Of a DNA stretch of 64,000 bases, positions 52,841-63,920 are shown piece after piece (positions within the stretch are counted from its first letter, which is position 1; each line of letters opens with the position of its first letter). Location: contig CAVRBU010000002.1 of the NCBI GenBank assembly GCA_963719315.1, positions 1,920,001-1,984,000 on the forward strand, given 5' to 3'. Origin of the DNA: an uncultured Planctomycetota bacterium (GTDB taxonomy: Bacteria; Planctomycetota; Planctomycetia; Pirellulales; Lacipirellulaceae). The translations under genes were made by a program, and so were the position numbers. The notes beneath the pieces are model-generated. The model saw nothing but the letters and a program-made list of their open reading frames with translations. It was not told where the DNA came from and made no database searches.

Positions 52841-53344
52841 CTATCGAGCAGCGCTACTTCGCTTGCGTGCAAAGAACTCCGATAGAATTCGCCCGCATGG
52901 TTCCGCCAACACGCCGGCTACGACTTCCGCCCGGTGGTTGAGCCGCGGGTCGTCGAGGAGTCGAAACAACGTCGCCGCCGCACCGGCCTTCGGATCGGCA
53001 GTTCCGTAAACCACGCGTGGAATTCGCGCGAGCACGATCGCGCCGGCACACATCGGGCAGGGTTCGAGTGTAACATACAACGTGCAGCCATCGAGTCGCC
53101 AATTGTCCAGTGCCATTGCCGCTTGCGTGATGGCCAGCATTTCGGCGTGAGCCGTGGGGTCGCGGAGTTGCTCGCGCTGATTGTGGGCAGCGCCGATTAC
53201 CCGGTCATCGCCCCCCGCCTGGTCGTGATAGACCACGACGGCCCCGATTGGCACTTCATCCTCGTCGCCGGCCGCCGCCGCTTCCCGAAGCGCTTGCTGC
53301 ATATAAAATTCGTGCGGCAGATCGAATTGCGGTTGCTGAACCAT
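52841..53344 (-). CDS. tadA: tRNA adenosine(34) deaminase
   Basis: [47 protein letters not shown]. Confidence 0.95.
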   Translation of the reverse strand: MVQQPQFDLPHEFYMQQALREAAAAGDEDEVPIGAVVVYHDQAGGDDRVIGAAHNQREQLRDPTAHAEMLAITQAAMALDNWRLDGCTLYVTLEPCPMCAGAIVLARIPRVVYGTADPKAGAAATLFRLLDDPRLNHRAEVVAGVLAEPCGRILSEFFARKRSSAAR

Positions 53345-53540
53345 AAAAACTGGGTGTCTAGCTGCAGGCCGCTAAAATCGTAAAAGTCGGCAAGTTCGCA
53401 TGCGACTTTTCTGGGCACACGCCGTTGCTCACGGCTTAGCGCGGCCCCGCGACGCCTTGAACATTGACGACTAAGCCCGCCAACGTAGGCTTTAGAAGTC
53501 CTCTCAATGATGCCCTGCCGGCAAAAAGGATGCAAACGCA

Positions 53541-54053
53541 ATGTTGCCACTGAATTCAAGTCGTAATCTGTGCTGCCTGCTGCTCGCCGTGTTTTTGATG
53601 TTCATCGGAGCGTCGTCCACCATCGCAGCCCCGCCTTCGGCCGAGCACCTGCAAGTGTTGGTCAACGAGACATCCGCACAGATCCAACTTGCTTATCGCC
53701 TACACCCGACCGAAGGCCAGCAGCGGCAAGAGCAGTTGAACGCGGCAGTCGCCGCTTGGCGCGCCGCGCCGCATACTGATGCAAACAATGAACAGCTCAC
53801 GACCTGGTTGCACTCGGCGATTCGGGCATCGATGCCGGGCTCGCGCGCGAAGTTGCAACCGATTCCCGCATTCAAATCCAACGACCATTCCGGAAAGCGA
53901 CCACTCGAACCGACGCCCGCCGAAACGCATCCCAGCGCTGTTGTGCCAGTTGACAAGCACGCTGTAGGGCCGACACCGGTAATCGAATCGACCACACCGG
54001 CCGACGAAGAAACTGATCCGTTTCGCGACGATCCGATCGGCGAACAAAAATAA
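53541..54053 (+). CDS. hypothetical secreted protein
   Basis: N-terminal hydrophobic signal, helical middle and Pro/acidic tail ending DPFRDDP. Confidence 0.6.
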   Translation: MLPLNSSRNLCCLLLAVFLMFIGASSTIAAPPSAEHLQVLVNETSAQIQLAYRLHPTEGQQRQEQLNAAVAAWRAAPHTDANNEQLTTWLHSAIRASMPGSRAKLQPIPAFKSNDHSGKRPLEPTPAETHPSAVVPVDKHAVGPTPVIESTTPADEETDPFRDDPIGEQK

Positions 54054-54072
54054 CGACGATAGGCGCCTCCCG

Positions 54073-54399
54073 TTATTTGCCGCCCTTACCGCCCTTCGCG
54101 CCACTCTTGGCGCCGCCACCGGCCGGAGCCTTCGCGCCAGCCGGAGCTTTGCCGCTGGCAGCGGCGGCCGATGCGGCCGCATTGCCGGCGGTTCCTTCGG
54201 CACCCTCTTCCTCTTCCTTTTTCTTTTTCTTTTTCTTCATTGCCAGCTTGCGCACGCGAACTTTCGGCAACCCGAGTGGGGAATCGCCCTCCTGCCAGCG
54301 GTCGGCTTCCGTCAATCGGGCTATCCGCTCCACCCGCGTCAACACGCTGCGGCTGCGCGTCGCCCCGCGCCTAACTTTCAAACTCTTGTCGATCGTCAT
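54073..54399 (-). CDS. PVC-superphylum small basic protein
   Basis: MTIDKSLK...RSVLTRVERI..L....W.EGDSPLGLPKVRV followed by a poly-Lys/Glu/Ala tail; GGAG SD. Confidence 0.9.
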   Translation of the reverse strand: MTIDKSLKVRRGATRSRSVLTRVERIARLTEADRWQEGDSPLGLPKVRVRKLAMKKKKKKKEEEEGAEGTAGNAAASAAAASGKAPAGAKAPAGGGAKSGAKGGKGGK

Positions 54400-54632
54400 G
54401 CGGATATCTCCCAACAGGAAGGCGTATGTTGAATTTGACCCATCAATATACGACGCCTCGACCCCCATCCTCAAGCCGAAATATGAGATCTCTTGGACGT
54501 TTCGACGTTGAGCTGCAACGCGCCAGCGGAGCGCGAACCCGCCCACAGGCTGAAAAACCGCCCCCATTCCACTACACTAAGTAGGCCCTCCGCCACTGTG
54601 CGCCTAATGCTCACAAACTGGAAGTTCCCGAA

Positions 54633-55583
54633 ATGCACGAAATCAACCGCCGCCGCTTTATCGGTGCCACCGCCGGCGCCGCTGCGTTCGGCGCGTCGAG
54701 CGCTTTGCGGGCCGCCGCGCCGGGAAAGATTCTGGCGAACCCCCACCCCGCGTCCGATCATCCACCCGCGCCGCCGATAATCGCGCTCGGAAAAACCAAG
54801 ATCGAGATGTCGCGGCTGGGACAGGGCACGGGCGTCCTCGGCGGAAATCGCCAGTCCAATCCGATGCACATGGGTACGATCAATCCCGTCGATCTCATGC
54901 GGCATGCCTACGATCGTAGTCTGCGGTTTTTCGACCTGGCCGATTTGTATGGCACGCATTTGTACTTCCGCGAAGCGCTCCGCAGCATGGATCGCAACAA
55001 CCTCGCGATTCTCACCAAAATGTGGTGGCGGTACGACGGGCCGGAGGATCAAACGAGTTTGCCGGAACGGCGGAGAATTGCGCGAACCACGCTCGAACGA
55101 TTTCGCCGCGAGCTGGCGACGGAGTACCTCGACATCGTTCTGCTACATTGCCTGACAAAACCCGATTGGGATCAGAAGATGGGCCCCTACATGGACGTGC
55201 TCGAAGAAGAGAAGGCCCGCGGGCGCATTCGGGCCGTAGGGTGTTCGTGCCTTGATCTGCGGGCTTTGCAGACGGCAGCGAACTCACCCTGGGTCGATGT
55301 GATTCTGGCTCGCATCAACGTGCAAGGCGGCAAGGAAGCTAGGATGGACGGTTCACGCGACGAAGTGGAAGCGGTACTGCGTACCGCCCGAAAAAACGGC
55401 AAGGCGATCATCGGCATGAAGATTCTCGGCGAAGGCCGACTGGCCGGCCAATGCGACGCCTGTATCAAGTACGCTCAAGAACTCGGCCTATTGGACGCGA
55501 TGACAATCGGCTTCCATAAGCCAGATCAAATGGATGATGTCCTGCACCTGATGCATAAGTACCCAGCGAAGCCTCTGGCATAG
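54633..55583 (+). CDS. Tat-exported aldo/keto reductase
   Basis: INRRRFIG twin-Arg; LGKT.I.MSRLGQGTG, FFDLADLYG, ILTK, YLDIVLLHC, GMKILG. Confidence 0.9.
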   Translation: MHEINRRRFIGATAGAAAFGASSALRAAAPGKILANPHPASDHPPAPPIIALGKTKIEMSRLGQGTGVLGGNRQSNPMHMGTINPVDLMRHAYDRSLRFFDLADLYGTHLYFREALRSMDRNNLAILTKMWWRYDGPEDQTSLPERRRIARTTLERFRRELATEYLDIVLLHCLTKPDWDQKMGPYMDVLEEEKARGRIRAVGCSCLDLRALQTAANSPWVDVILARINVQGGKEARMDGSRDEVEAVLRTARKNGKAIIGMKILGEGRLAGQCDACIKYAQELGLLDAMTIGFHKPDQMDDVLHLMHKYPAKPLA

Positions 55584-55611
55584 CTCTGGCAAACGACGAA
55601 CGAGACCTACT

Positions 55612-56632
55612 TTGCTTCGCTGGCGACTTATTCTTGGAACGCTGTTCATCGTGGCGCTGGTCGCGTTGTGCTGCCTCGATTATCGCGCCGCGTGGCCGGG
55701 CATTTATCTGTTGCCGATTGCTGTGGCGCTCAGTTTGCTGGGCGCGGGCGAACTCTTAGCGATGTTCCGGAAACGCGGGCATCAGCCGTTGGCATGGGTT
55801 ATTTACGGCGGAACAGCCGTGGCTGTGTTGTTGGCAGCGGCCCCAGGTTATTTGCCGATCGATTGGAGCGACTTGCCGACCGGCCGGCTCGGCTGGCTGG
55901 CGATCGGCTTGGCCGCCGGGTTGTTGATTGCCATGATCGGCGAACTCCGACGCTTCGATTCACCAGGGAGAGCGACAACGCAAATGGCACTCTCTAGCTT
56001 CGCCATCGTGTACATTGGCGGCTTGATGGGCTTTCTCATTCAATTGCGTTTGCTAGGCGGCGGCGCGTGGGGCGACGACGGCCATTGGGGCATGCTCGCG
56101 CTCGTGTCGCTCATCGCCACGGTGAAGATGAGCGACACCGGCCAATACACGGCCGGCCGATTATTCGGGACGTCACAAGCTCTCGCCGGTTGTGAGCCCG
56201 GGCAAGACTTGGGAAGGCGCAGCCGGCGGCTTTGTATTTGCGCTTATCGCTGGTTGGATCGTGTTCGGCTGGGCGGCCCGTCATCTTGTCGGCCCGGTGA
56301 CAGGGATCGCGTCCTCTACCGCGGTCAATGTAGTCTTACGAATGGTCGTGTTCGCCGCCGGGTTGACGGCGGCCGGCATCCTCGGCGACTTGGCCGAATC
56401 GCTGCTCAAGCGCGACGCAGGCGTGAAAGATTCCAGTTCCTGGCTGCCGGGCTTTGGCGGCGTGCTGGACTTGTTGGACTCACTCCTAGGGGCGGCACCA
56501 GTGGCTTATGCTTTTTGGGCCCTGGGGTTGGTTGGACCTCTTCCCTCACTCTCCGACTGGTGCGCCGATGACGCGAACAACCAGCAACTCCAAGATTATT
56601 GCGAGTGTATTCGGTTCCGGAATTGTTATTAG
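55612..56632 (+). CDS. cdsA: phosphatidate cytidylyltransferase (frameshift near 56170; 3' end uncertain, overlaps the convergent gene)
   Basis: SDTGQY.AGRLFG, SPGKTWEG, GDLAESLLKRDAGVKDS..LPGFGGVLDLLDSL. Confidence 0.9.
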
Positions 56633-57337
56633 CCCATATTGCACGTGATCGATCTGCATGTAAGACATTAATTCTGATTCGCCACGGTAGTTTGCAAAAA
56701 CAGACACGTGGGTGATTTCCTGGGTCGCGACCGCCCCGAGAAAAATGTCGTTGGTGGATTGGCCGTTCCGCTCGGCGCTCACATCCGGCCGAATCAGGTA
56801 GTCGGACTTCACTCCATTCAACTCCATGATCTGAAAATGAAGTGCAAGATGATTCCCAATTTCGAGGCCTGCTGGTCCGTCGGTCCACACGAAGCCAAAT
56901 GCGTTTGGAGCATAGCCAAGTTCCGTCGTGTTGAACTCGAATTCAACTAATATCTGGTTGAGTTGTGGGATATCAGGGCTGACAAAAAAAGTTTGCTGTT
57001 GAAACGAATGACCAGCAGTTCCGGAACCGTCGACGACACCATCATCCGCATCGACCGAACTAGTATTCTCGCTGGGACCCCTGACCGTGCCATGAAATGC
57101 AGTACCGAACAATGGATGCAGCGGTTGAAAAATCCCCGGCGTGTTCAGTTCCCCGTCTTCAAAGTCCTCCAGGTAGAAATTTGGATTGCTGCCATCAACC
57201 GGAAAGGGACTGTCCGCTGCCGAGAAATACGGCGTCGGGCCGAGGAACGTGAACGCGGCGCGGCACGTGTTGGCTTGCACATAGAATGTTGCCAAAGAGC
57301 CTATCACGACGAGGGCGGAGTAGCGATTGATTAGCAT
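56546..57337 (-). CDS. secreted PEP-CTERM-type protein
   Basis: Signal peptide; 'GPTPY.SAADSPF...YLEDFEDG.LNTPG...SVDADDG.VDGSG..GHS' domain; C-terminal IPEP plus hydrophobic segment. Confidence 0.75.
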   Translation of the reverse strand: MLINRYSALVVIGSLATFYVQANTCRAAFTFLGPTPYFSAADSPFPVDGSNPNFYLEDFEDGELNTPGIFQPLHPLFGTAFHGTVRGPSENTSSVDADDGVVDGSGTAGHSFQQQTFFVSPDIPQLNQILVEFEFNTTELGYAPNAFGFVWTDGPAGLEIGNHLALHFQIMELNGVKSDYLIRPDVSAERNGQSTNDIFLGAVATQEITHVSVFANYRGESELMSYMQIDHVQYGLITIPEPNTLAIILELLVVRVIGAPVGE

Positions 57338-57372
57338 AGCAACCATCTCAAGGAGGTCTCTTTCAATCCAAA

Positions 57373-58047
57373 TCACTCTCCCGCCTCATGCCTTATACTT
57401 AACCGAGTGCCATTCGTTCCCGACACCTTTTCTGCCCTCCGTCGGTGCCGAAACCCCAGACAGATCAGAATGACAAGCAGGGAATTGGAGATACTCAGGG
57501 GCTCAGGTACTTCTTGGATGAAGTCGTCAACTATAATGCTTCGTTCATTGTTAATCATGTCCACGACGCGGATCCGGCCAATTGTCCCCGCGTCTGCCTG
57601 CCACGCTGCGAAATGATTGTCCTTTCCGTTGCCTACAAGGCTGAGTGTGCCGAGGAGATTATCACCAGGTCCGTAAAACTGTACGTCTGCCGCCCAGGGA
57701 AATTCAAAGCCCACATACATCCCAGCTTTTAGCGTCGGCTGGCCCAAAACAATATCGAGGAATCCAATTAGGGCGTTACTTCTTTGTGCATCGTTTGCGA
57801 TCGCAACCCCCGATCGCCCAATCACTGGGCCGAGCTTCGAACTCGATATCAAGGTATGATCATCCGCGTCGTATGTATCATTGCCAATCACCAAGGGAGT
57901 CGTATATTGCGAACTCGCCGACCCCAAGGACTCAAAGTTTTGAATCGTCGCGGCCGGCATGAAGGCGCTCAAATCGATCTGCCCGGCTTTGGCAGAAGCC
58001 GGAATTGAGACCAAAAAAAGTAGGGCGAAGCCGGCCGCTAACCGCAT
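57373..58047 (-). CDS. secreted PEP-CTERM protein
   Basis: Signal peptide; C-terminal VPEP-hydrophobic-RHRRR sorting signal. Confidence 0.82.
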   Translation of the reverse strand: MRLAAGFALLFLVSIPASAKAGQIDLSAFMPAATIQNFESLGSASSQYTTPLVIGNDTYDADDHTLISSSKLGPVIGRSGVAIANDAQRSNALIGFLDIVLGQPTLKAGMYVGFEFPWAADVQFYGPGDNLLGTLSLVGNGKDNHFAAWQADAGTIGRIRVVDMINNERSIIVDDFIQEVPEPLSISNSLLVILICLGFRHRRRAEKVSGTNGTRLSIRHEAGE

Positions 58048-58359
58048 CGTCGTGTCATATCATGAGCAACCCTTTTGCCGATCCGGCGAAAGAAAACGAG
58101 CGCAAAAACACCAGGGCTGCCAACATAAACGCGACCATTGAAATACGTTGCAAGAACATGGAACGCTGCTCTGGAATGAATACTTCATCAGAGGGGCTCC
58201 GATTTACAAGTGCCTTTGATACACTCTTCGCCATTTACTCGCCATTTTTCAGCAGGGCATGTCACCCCAAAGTGCGATCGCCAACCAATTTCGGTTATAT
58301 CTCGAAAAAATGCCGGAACCAGCGCTCCGGCAATTCTCCCTGAAGCGGCCAGCGGCGAA

Positions 58360-58388
58360 TTGGCCACTGGCGTTACAGCACGTATAAT
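58360..58388 (+). promoter_or_regulatory. sigma70-like promoter candidate for the phoH operon
   Basis: TTGGCC-17 nt-TATAAT about 180 nt upstream of the phoH start. Confidence 0.35.
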
Positions 58389-58570
58389 TGGAATTGAAGT
58401 CGCAATCGCTTGCCGGCCAATGGGTTGCGGCGCGACTTACGGCATTTGCTAGTGCGGAATTTCAGCAATTGGGTATAGTTGTAGGTGACTCAATAACCAA
58501 GGAAATATAGCGGCGGCCGAACGGCGCCCGGCAAAAACCGGACGCCGGTGCAAGCCGCCGCGACTCTTTA

Positions 58571-59521
58571 ATGATCGAAGCGACAATTCCGGTCGGCAGT
58601 GCGGACGAGTTGGTCATGCTGCTGGGAGCGAGCGACCAACACCTGCGACGCATTCGCGATTCGGTGCCGGCCAAAATCTCTGCCCGCGACGGAAAAATCC
58701 ACGTCAGCGGCGATGAGCAGGCCGTCCTCCAGGCCACCGAGATAATCGAGCAGATCAAGAACGCTGTAGTACGCGACGGCCACCTGTTGCCCGATCAGGT
58801 TTCCCACATCATCAAGCAGGTGACGGGCGGCCCGGCAACCAATGGCCGCCAGGCGCCGGTCGATGTCAAGCAAGCCGGACGCATCATTCGCCCCCGAACG
58901 CCGGGGCAGGCCGAGTATGTCGATGCGATCCGCACGCACGACCTTGTGTTCTGCAACGGACCAGCCGGCACCGGGAAGACCTACCTTGCCGTGGCCACCG
59001 CGGTCGAATCGCTCAAACAGAAACAAATCGGCAAGATCGTGCTCGTTCGGCCGGCGGTCGAGGCTGGCGAAAACCTTGGCTTCCTGCCGGGCGACATGCA
59101 GGCCAAGATCAATCCCTACTTGCGTCCGCTGCTCGATGCGCTCCGCGAGATGATGGACTACGAACAAGTCAAGCGATACATGATCGATGACGTGATCGAA
59201 GTAGTGCCGCTCGCTTACATGCGCGGCCGCACGCTCAACAATGCGTTTATCATCATGGATGAGGCACAGAACACGACCGTGCCGCAGATGAAGATGTTCC
59301 TCACGCGGATGGGGTTGCAGTCGAAGGTCGTGGTCTCTGGCGACACATCGCAAGTCGACCTTCCGCCCCATACTAAAAGTGGATTGATTGACGCCCTCGG
59401 TCGGCTGAAGCATATCGAGGGCTTTGCAAGCGTGACGCTGAATCGCGAGGACATCGTGCGACACCGGCTCGTGCAGGAGATCGTTCTCGCGTACGAGGAG
59501 GATCCGAAGAAGAAGCGCTAG
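58571..59521 (+). CDS. phoH: PhoH family ATPase (YbeZ-like)
   Basis: GPAGTGKTYLA, RPAVEAGENLGFLPGD, PLAYMRGRTL, DEAQN, GDTSQVDL, DIVRHRLV. Confidence 0.95.
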   Translation: MIEATIPVGSADELVMLLGASDQHLRRIRDSVPAKISARDGKIHVSGDEQAVLQATEIIEQIKNAVVRDGHLLPDQVSHIIKQVTGGPATNGRQAPVDVKQAGRIIRPRTPGQAEYVDAIRTHDLVFCNGPAGTGKTYLAVATAVESLKQKQIGKIVLVRPAVEAGENLGFLPGDMQAKINPYLRPLLDALREMMDYEQVKRYMIDDVIEVVPLAYMRGRTLNNAFIIMDEAQNTTVPQMKMFLTRMGLQSKVVVSGDTSQVDLPPHTKSGLIDALGRLKHIEGFASVTLNREDIVRHRLVQEIVLAYEEDPKKKR

Positions 59522-59551
59522 GCGGTAAGCGAAGCGTTTTCAGGAATCACC

Positions 59552-61829
59552 ATGAGCACTGGCAGCAAAAAGAAGCGGCGCATCGATCGCGTCACCTCGG
59601 TCGAATTGCCGCCCGGCGTGTTGGGCAATCTGGCGGCCCATTTGCGCCGCGGTCACGTGCTCGTGCGGCTGGCGATGCTGCGCCGTTACGGCGGTGCTGC
59701 TGTGGTCGATCACGCGGGGCTGGGCGCCGCCGATGCCCTATCATTGGGGCGATGTGCCAAAGCGCGATATTGTCGCCCGCACCGAATTCGATCGGGAGGA
59801 CGAGCGCAAAACCGACGATGCCCGCAAAGAGGCGCGGCGGCTGGCCATTGCCACTTACGATCACGATCCGGTCCAGCTTGAACAGCTTCGCGCAAAAGTA
59901 GAGAACGACGTTACCGCGATCGCGGCTGCCAAATCGTTAGCCGATGTCAGCAAAGTCTGGGATAAGTTCAAACTGCCGTTAGCCGAGGGAACTCCTCAGC
60001 CAACCGATGCGGAGCGCGAGCAACAATTCCAGAAATTTCACGATGCGCTTTCCGCCGACGGGGCGATGGCCAAATTCAAGTCGGCGCTCAATGAAGTATT
60101 TGCCCCGATCATCGACAAGGGGCTTATTAACAAACTTCCGCCCGAACACGACGCCAACGCGGAAACCGTTTCTATTCATCCTGTAGGTACTGGCGCCGGG
60201 TTCCCGCGCAATGTGCCCGTCAGCGAAGTGCTCACGGAAAACGTGGCTTCGGCATTGCAAAAATCCTTGCAGGCGAAAATGCCATCGCCGGAAATCGCCG
60301 ATCGCGTGTTTGCCAGATTGAAGTCGGAATTGCCTACGACGCTCACTTTGAACCTCGATCTCACGCGAGCGGAACAGAAAAAAAAGGCTGACGAAGTCCC
60401 GCCGCAAAAGGAGGAGTTCCCGGTCGGTACCGTGTTGGCGCACGCGCAGGATGAGCACGGAGTGCCGCAGCCGCTGGACGAAGCGGCCCTCAAGAAACTT
60501 CAAGAAGAATACGACAAAGAACTTCAGCAACGTCCCTTTTCAGCGAACATGACCCATTCGCTGGCCGTTTTCGGCATGTATGTCGCTTTATTCGTGCTCT
60601 GTGGATTTTATATTCAACATCGCGATCCGCGCATCATCGATGACCTAGGCCGCCTCACGACTCTCCTGGCGCTTGTGGTGGTGACGGTTACGCTAATAGT
60701 CGTCACCAGCAACGATTGGCGGGCCGAAACTATTCCGCTAATGCTTTTTGGAATGACCGTGGCCATTGCGTATGAGCAAGAAATCGCCCTGCTTCTCTCG
60801 GCAGCCATCACGCTCACTAGCGTCGTGGCATTAGGGCACGGACTGGCCGACGCCATCGTGCTGCTGGCCGCGACGGCCGGGGCGATTCTATTGCTGGGTC
60901 GCGTGCGGAGCCGCAGCAAGCTGCTGTCTGTCGGCTTTATATCCGCAGTTGTGGCTGCGCTCACGACGATCGGCGTCGGTACGCTGGAAGGCGATCCGAT
61001 CATGGGGACCCTGAAAACGGCTGCGCTGCTATCGTTGTGGGCGGTGATTGCCGGATCGTTGATGACGTGCTTGTTGCCGATGGTCGAAAAACTATTCAAC
61101 GTTCAGACCGACTTGAGTTTGATCGAGCTAGGCGACCCGGCCCATCCGCTGCTCCAAGAACTGATTCGCCGCGCGCCGGGAACCTACAACCATTCAATCA
61201 CGGTCGCTTCGCTGGCTGAAGCGGCGGCCGAGTCCATCGGCTCACGCGGGCTGCTAGTGCGTGTCGGTGCATATTTTCACGATATCGGAAAGATGCTCAA
61301 ACCGGGATACTTCGTCGAGAATCAGGGCCAAGGCGATAACCGCCATCGGTCGCTCGTCCCCGCCATGAGCACCCTCGTAATCATCGCCCACGTCAAGGAC
61401 GGGGCGGACCTTGCGCGGCAGTCGAAAATTCCCGAACCCATCATCGACTTCATTCAGCAACACCACGGCACGACGCTTGTTGAATACTTCTATCGCCAGG
61501 CGAGCGAAAGCAAGAAAACCGATCCTAACGGAAAGGAAGTGGATGAAAGCTCGTTCCGCTATCCCGGGCCTAAGCCACAAACGAAGGAAGCCGGCATTTT
61601 GATGCTGGCCGACGCCGTCGAAAGCGCCAGCCGCGTTTTGGTCGAGCCAACGCCGGCCCGGATCGAAAGTCTGGTCGACGAAATCAGCCGCAAACGACTC
61701 CTCGACGGCCAGTTCGATGAATGTGGCCTGACGCTCGAAGAAGTCCGCAGAATCGGCGACAGCCTCGTTAAATCGTTGACGGCCGTATATCACGGCCGCG
61801 TAAAATATCCGGATCAAGAAACGGCGTAG
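59552..61829 (+). CDS. 7TM-HD (HDIG) domain phosphohydrolase, PgpH-like (frameshift near 59680)
   Basis: Extracellular region, multiple TMs, APGTYNHS, YFHDIGK, HHGT, FRYPGPKPQ, MLADAVE. Confidence 0.92.
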
Positions 61830-61864
61830 GTAAATGCGCGACTGGACCATTGAAGACATTTAAC

Positions 61865-61918
61865 GCACAGGCGCAGCGGACGCCGCGATCTCTTCTCCGC
61901 GACCTCTGCGCCACTGCG
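61865..61918. repeat. short GCGCAG/CTGCGC-type inverted repeat
   Basis: CGCACAGGCGCAGCGG...CCTCTGCGCCACTGCG, intergenic. Confidence 0.45.
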
Positions 61919-61996
61919 AAAGACACCTGGCTTTGAGTTAAGGTAATTGAGCTGTTAAGAATTCAACCCAATCTGGCACCTTTACACGACGCGGTT

Positions 61997-62539
61997 ATGT
62001 TGGACGAAGAACCTACTGCTGCCGCCAATCCCGACCCGTTCGAAGTTTTACTTTCGAACGGACAGTCTCGCCACGACGTCGACGGCGAACAGTTGATTGC
62101 CGCTGCGCGTGCCGTACTGATGGAATCCGACTTCTCATCGGCCATGATCAGTTTGGCCGTGGTCGACGATCAGGCAATGCACGATTTGAATCTGCGGTTT
62201 CTCAACCACGATTATCCCACGGACGTTCTGAGCTTCGCGCTGCAAGCCGATGGAACCCATCTTGAAGGCGAAGTGATTATCAGCGCGGATACGGCCGCCG
62301 CCACGGCCGCCGAGCTGGGTTGCACCGCGGCCGCCGAGCAATTGCTATATATCATCCATGGAGTGTTACATCTCGTCGGATTTAGCGATAAAACGCCCGC
62401 CGAAGCCCTGAAAATGCGTATCGCCGAAGCCAGGTTCCTGGGCCAGTTCGGATGGGACACGGCGTTTCGAAATTCTTGCGATGACGATCATGTGGGCGCC
62501 GCTGAAACTCGCAAATTGCCCGACGGAGCGGCGCCGTGA
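61997..62539 (+). CDS. ybeY: rRNA maturation endoribonuclease
   Basis: LNLRFLNHDYPTDVLSF, EGEVIIS, HGVLHLVGFSD. Confidence 0.92.
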   Translation: MLDEEPTAAANPDPFEVLLSNGQSRHDVDGEQLIAAARAVLMESDFSSAMISLAVVDDQAMHDLNLRFLNHDYPTDVLSFALQADGTHLEGEVIISADTAAATAAELGCTAAAEQLLYIIHGVLHLVGFSDKTPAEALKMRIAEARFLGQFGWDTAFRNSCDDDHVGAAETRKLPDGAAP

Positions 62540-63834
62540 TTGCGAACGCTTATTTCTGGCTCTCGCTCGCTGGCTTCGCGGCGGCTTGCTTCACGGCGAT
62601 TGCCGCGCGCTCACTGCATTCGTTTTCGCGCCGCGAGTTGGAGGAAGTCTGCCAAAGCCGCCAAGCGCCGGAACGCTTCGCCGATATCATTCGCGGACAC
62701 GAACGCGTTGCGCTGGGCGTCGAAATGCTGGTGATGGTACTCGCCGCTCTGGCAGTCTGTGCCGGTACGTTGTCCGTTTGGCAATCGTTCGCGGACACTG
62801 CTTCGCGGCCGTGGCTTGCATTCATCATCGCTGCAATAGTTGTAGGACTAATTGCGGCCATCGCAACGGTCTGGCTCCCTTGGTCGATCGCCCGGCTTGG
62901 CTCGGCTCGATTCCTGTTCGTAACCTGGCCGATCTGGAGTTTTGTGGGAACGCTGGCCGGGCCGCTGATGTGGGCTGCCGGTGTTGTGGATACCGTGCTA
63001 CATCGCGTAACCGGTCGCGAGCCGCAGGAGGCGAACGAGGATTCTTTCGAAGAAGAAATCCGGACGATTGTCAACGAGGGACACCGCGAAGGCCTGCTGG
63101 AAGAAGAGGCCCGCGAAATGATCGAAGGGGTCATGGAACTGGGCGACGCCGTGGTGTCGCACATCATGACGCCGCGGACCGATATTCACATGATCCAGGT
63201 CGATACGCCGTGGGACGAGGTCGTCGAGAGCGTCATCGATTCGGGACACACCCGCGTGCCCGTATATGGCAATTCGCGCGATGAGATCGTCGGCATTTTA
63301 TACAGCAAGGACTTGCTGCCCGAGTTGGCGAAGTCGCCCGACCAATCGCCACGGCCGCTCGCCGCTTTGTTGAGAAAGCCGCTATTTGTGCCGGAAACCA
63401 AGCCGGTGGACGATCTGCTCACTTTCTTCCAAAAGAGCCGCACCCACATCGCCGTGGTGCTCGACGAATTCGCCGGCGTGGCCGGTCTGGTGACGATCGA
63501 GGACGTGCTCGAAGAAATCGTGGGCGAAATCGATGACGAGTACGACCAGAAGTCGGAAGCCCAAATCCGAAAAATCGACGACGATGTCTGCGAAGCGCTC
63601 GGCCGGGCGCACGTCGATGAGATCAACGCCACGATGGGCTACGACCTGCCCGAGACCGAGGACTTCGACACCATCGGTGGTTTTGTGTTCGCCGAATTTG
63701 GCCGTGTGCCCGCCGTCGGCGAGTCGATTACCTGGCAGGATTCGGTCCGGGTTCTGGTGCTGGAAGCGTCGCGACGCCGCGTGAATCGCGTGCGGCTCGA
63801 GCGGGTCCGCAAGGAATCGCTCGAAACGGTGTGA
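62536..63834 (+). CDS. hemolysin/CorC-HlyC family protein (DUF21 plus two CBS domains plus CorC domain)
   Basis: N-terminal TMs, IMTPRTDI, GHTRVPVY, AVVLDEFAGVAGLVTIEDVLEEIVGEI.DEYD, DTIGGFV. Confidence 0.93.
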   Translation: MIANAYFWLSLAGFAAACFTAIAARSLHSFSRRELEEVCQSRQAPERFADIIRGHERVALGVEMLVMVLAALAVCAGTLSVWQSFADTASRPWLAFIIAAIVVGLIAAIATVWLPWSIARLGSARFLFVTWPIWSFVGTLAGPLMWAAGVVDTVLHRVTGREPQEANEDSFEEEIRTIVNEGHREGLLEEEAREMIEGVMELGDAVVSHIMTPRTDIHMIQVDTPWDEVVESVIDSGHTRVPVYGNSRDEIVGILYSKDLLPELAKSPDQSPRPLAALLRKPLFVPETKPVDDLLTFFQKSRTHIAVVLDEFAGVAGLVTIEDVLEEIVGEIDDEYDQKSEAQIRKIDDDVCEALGRAHVDEINATMGYDLPETEDFDTIGGFVFAEFGRVPAVGESITWQDSVRVLVLEASRRRVNRVRLERVRKESLETV

Positions 63835-63839
63835 CGGGC

Positions 63840-63920
63840 GCCGTCGGCTATCAGCTATCGGCTGTCGGCCAAACCAAAGTGCTCCAGCCCTTGCAACTTC
63901 TCGCTGATAGCAGATAGCCG
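63840..63920. repeat. inverted heptamer-repeat hairpin
   Basis: GCCGTCG GCTATCA GCTATCG GCTGTCG ... GCTGATA GCAGATA GCC downstream of the hemolysin gene. Confidence 0.6.
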
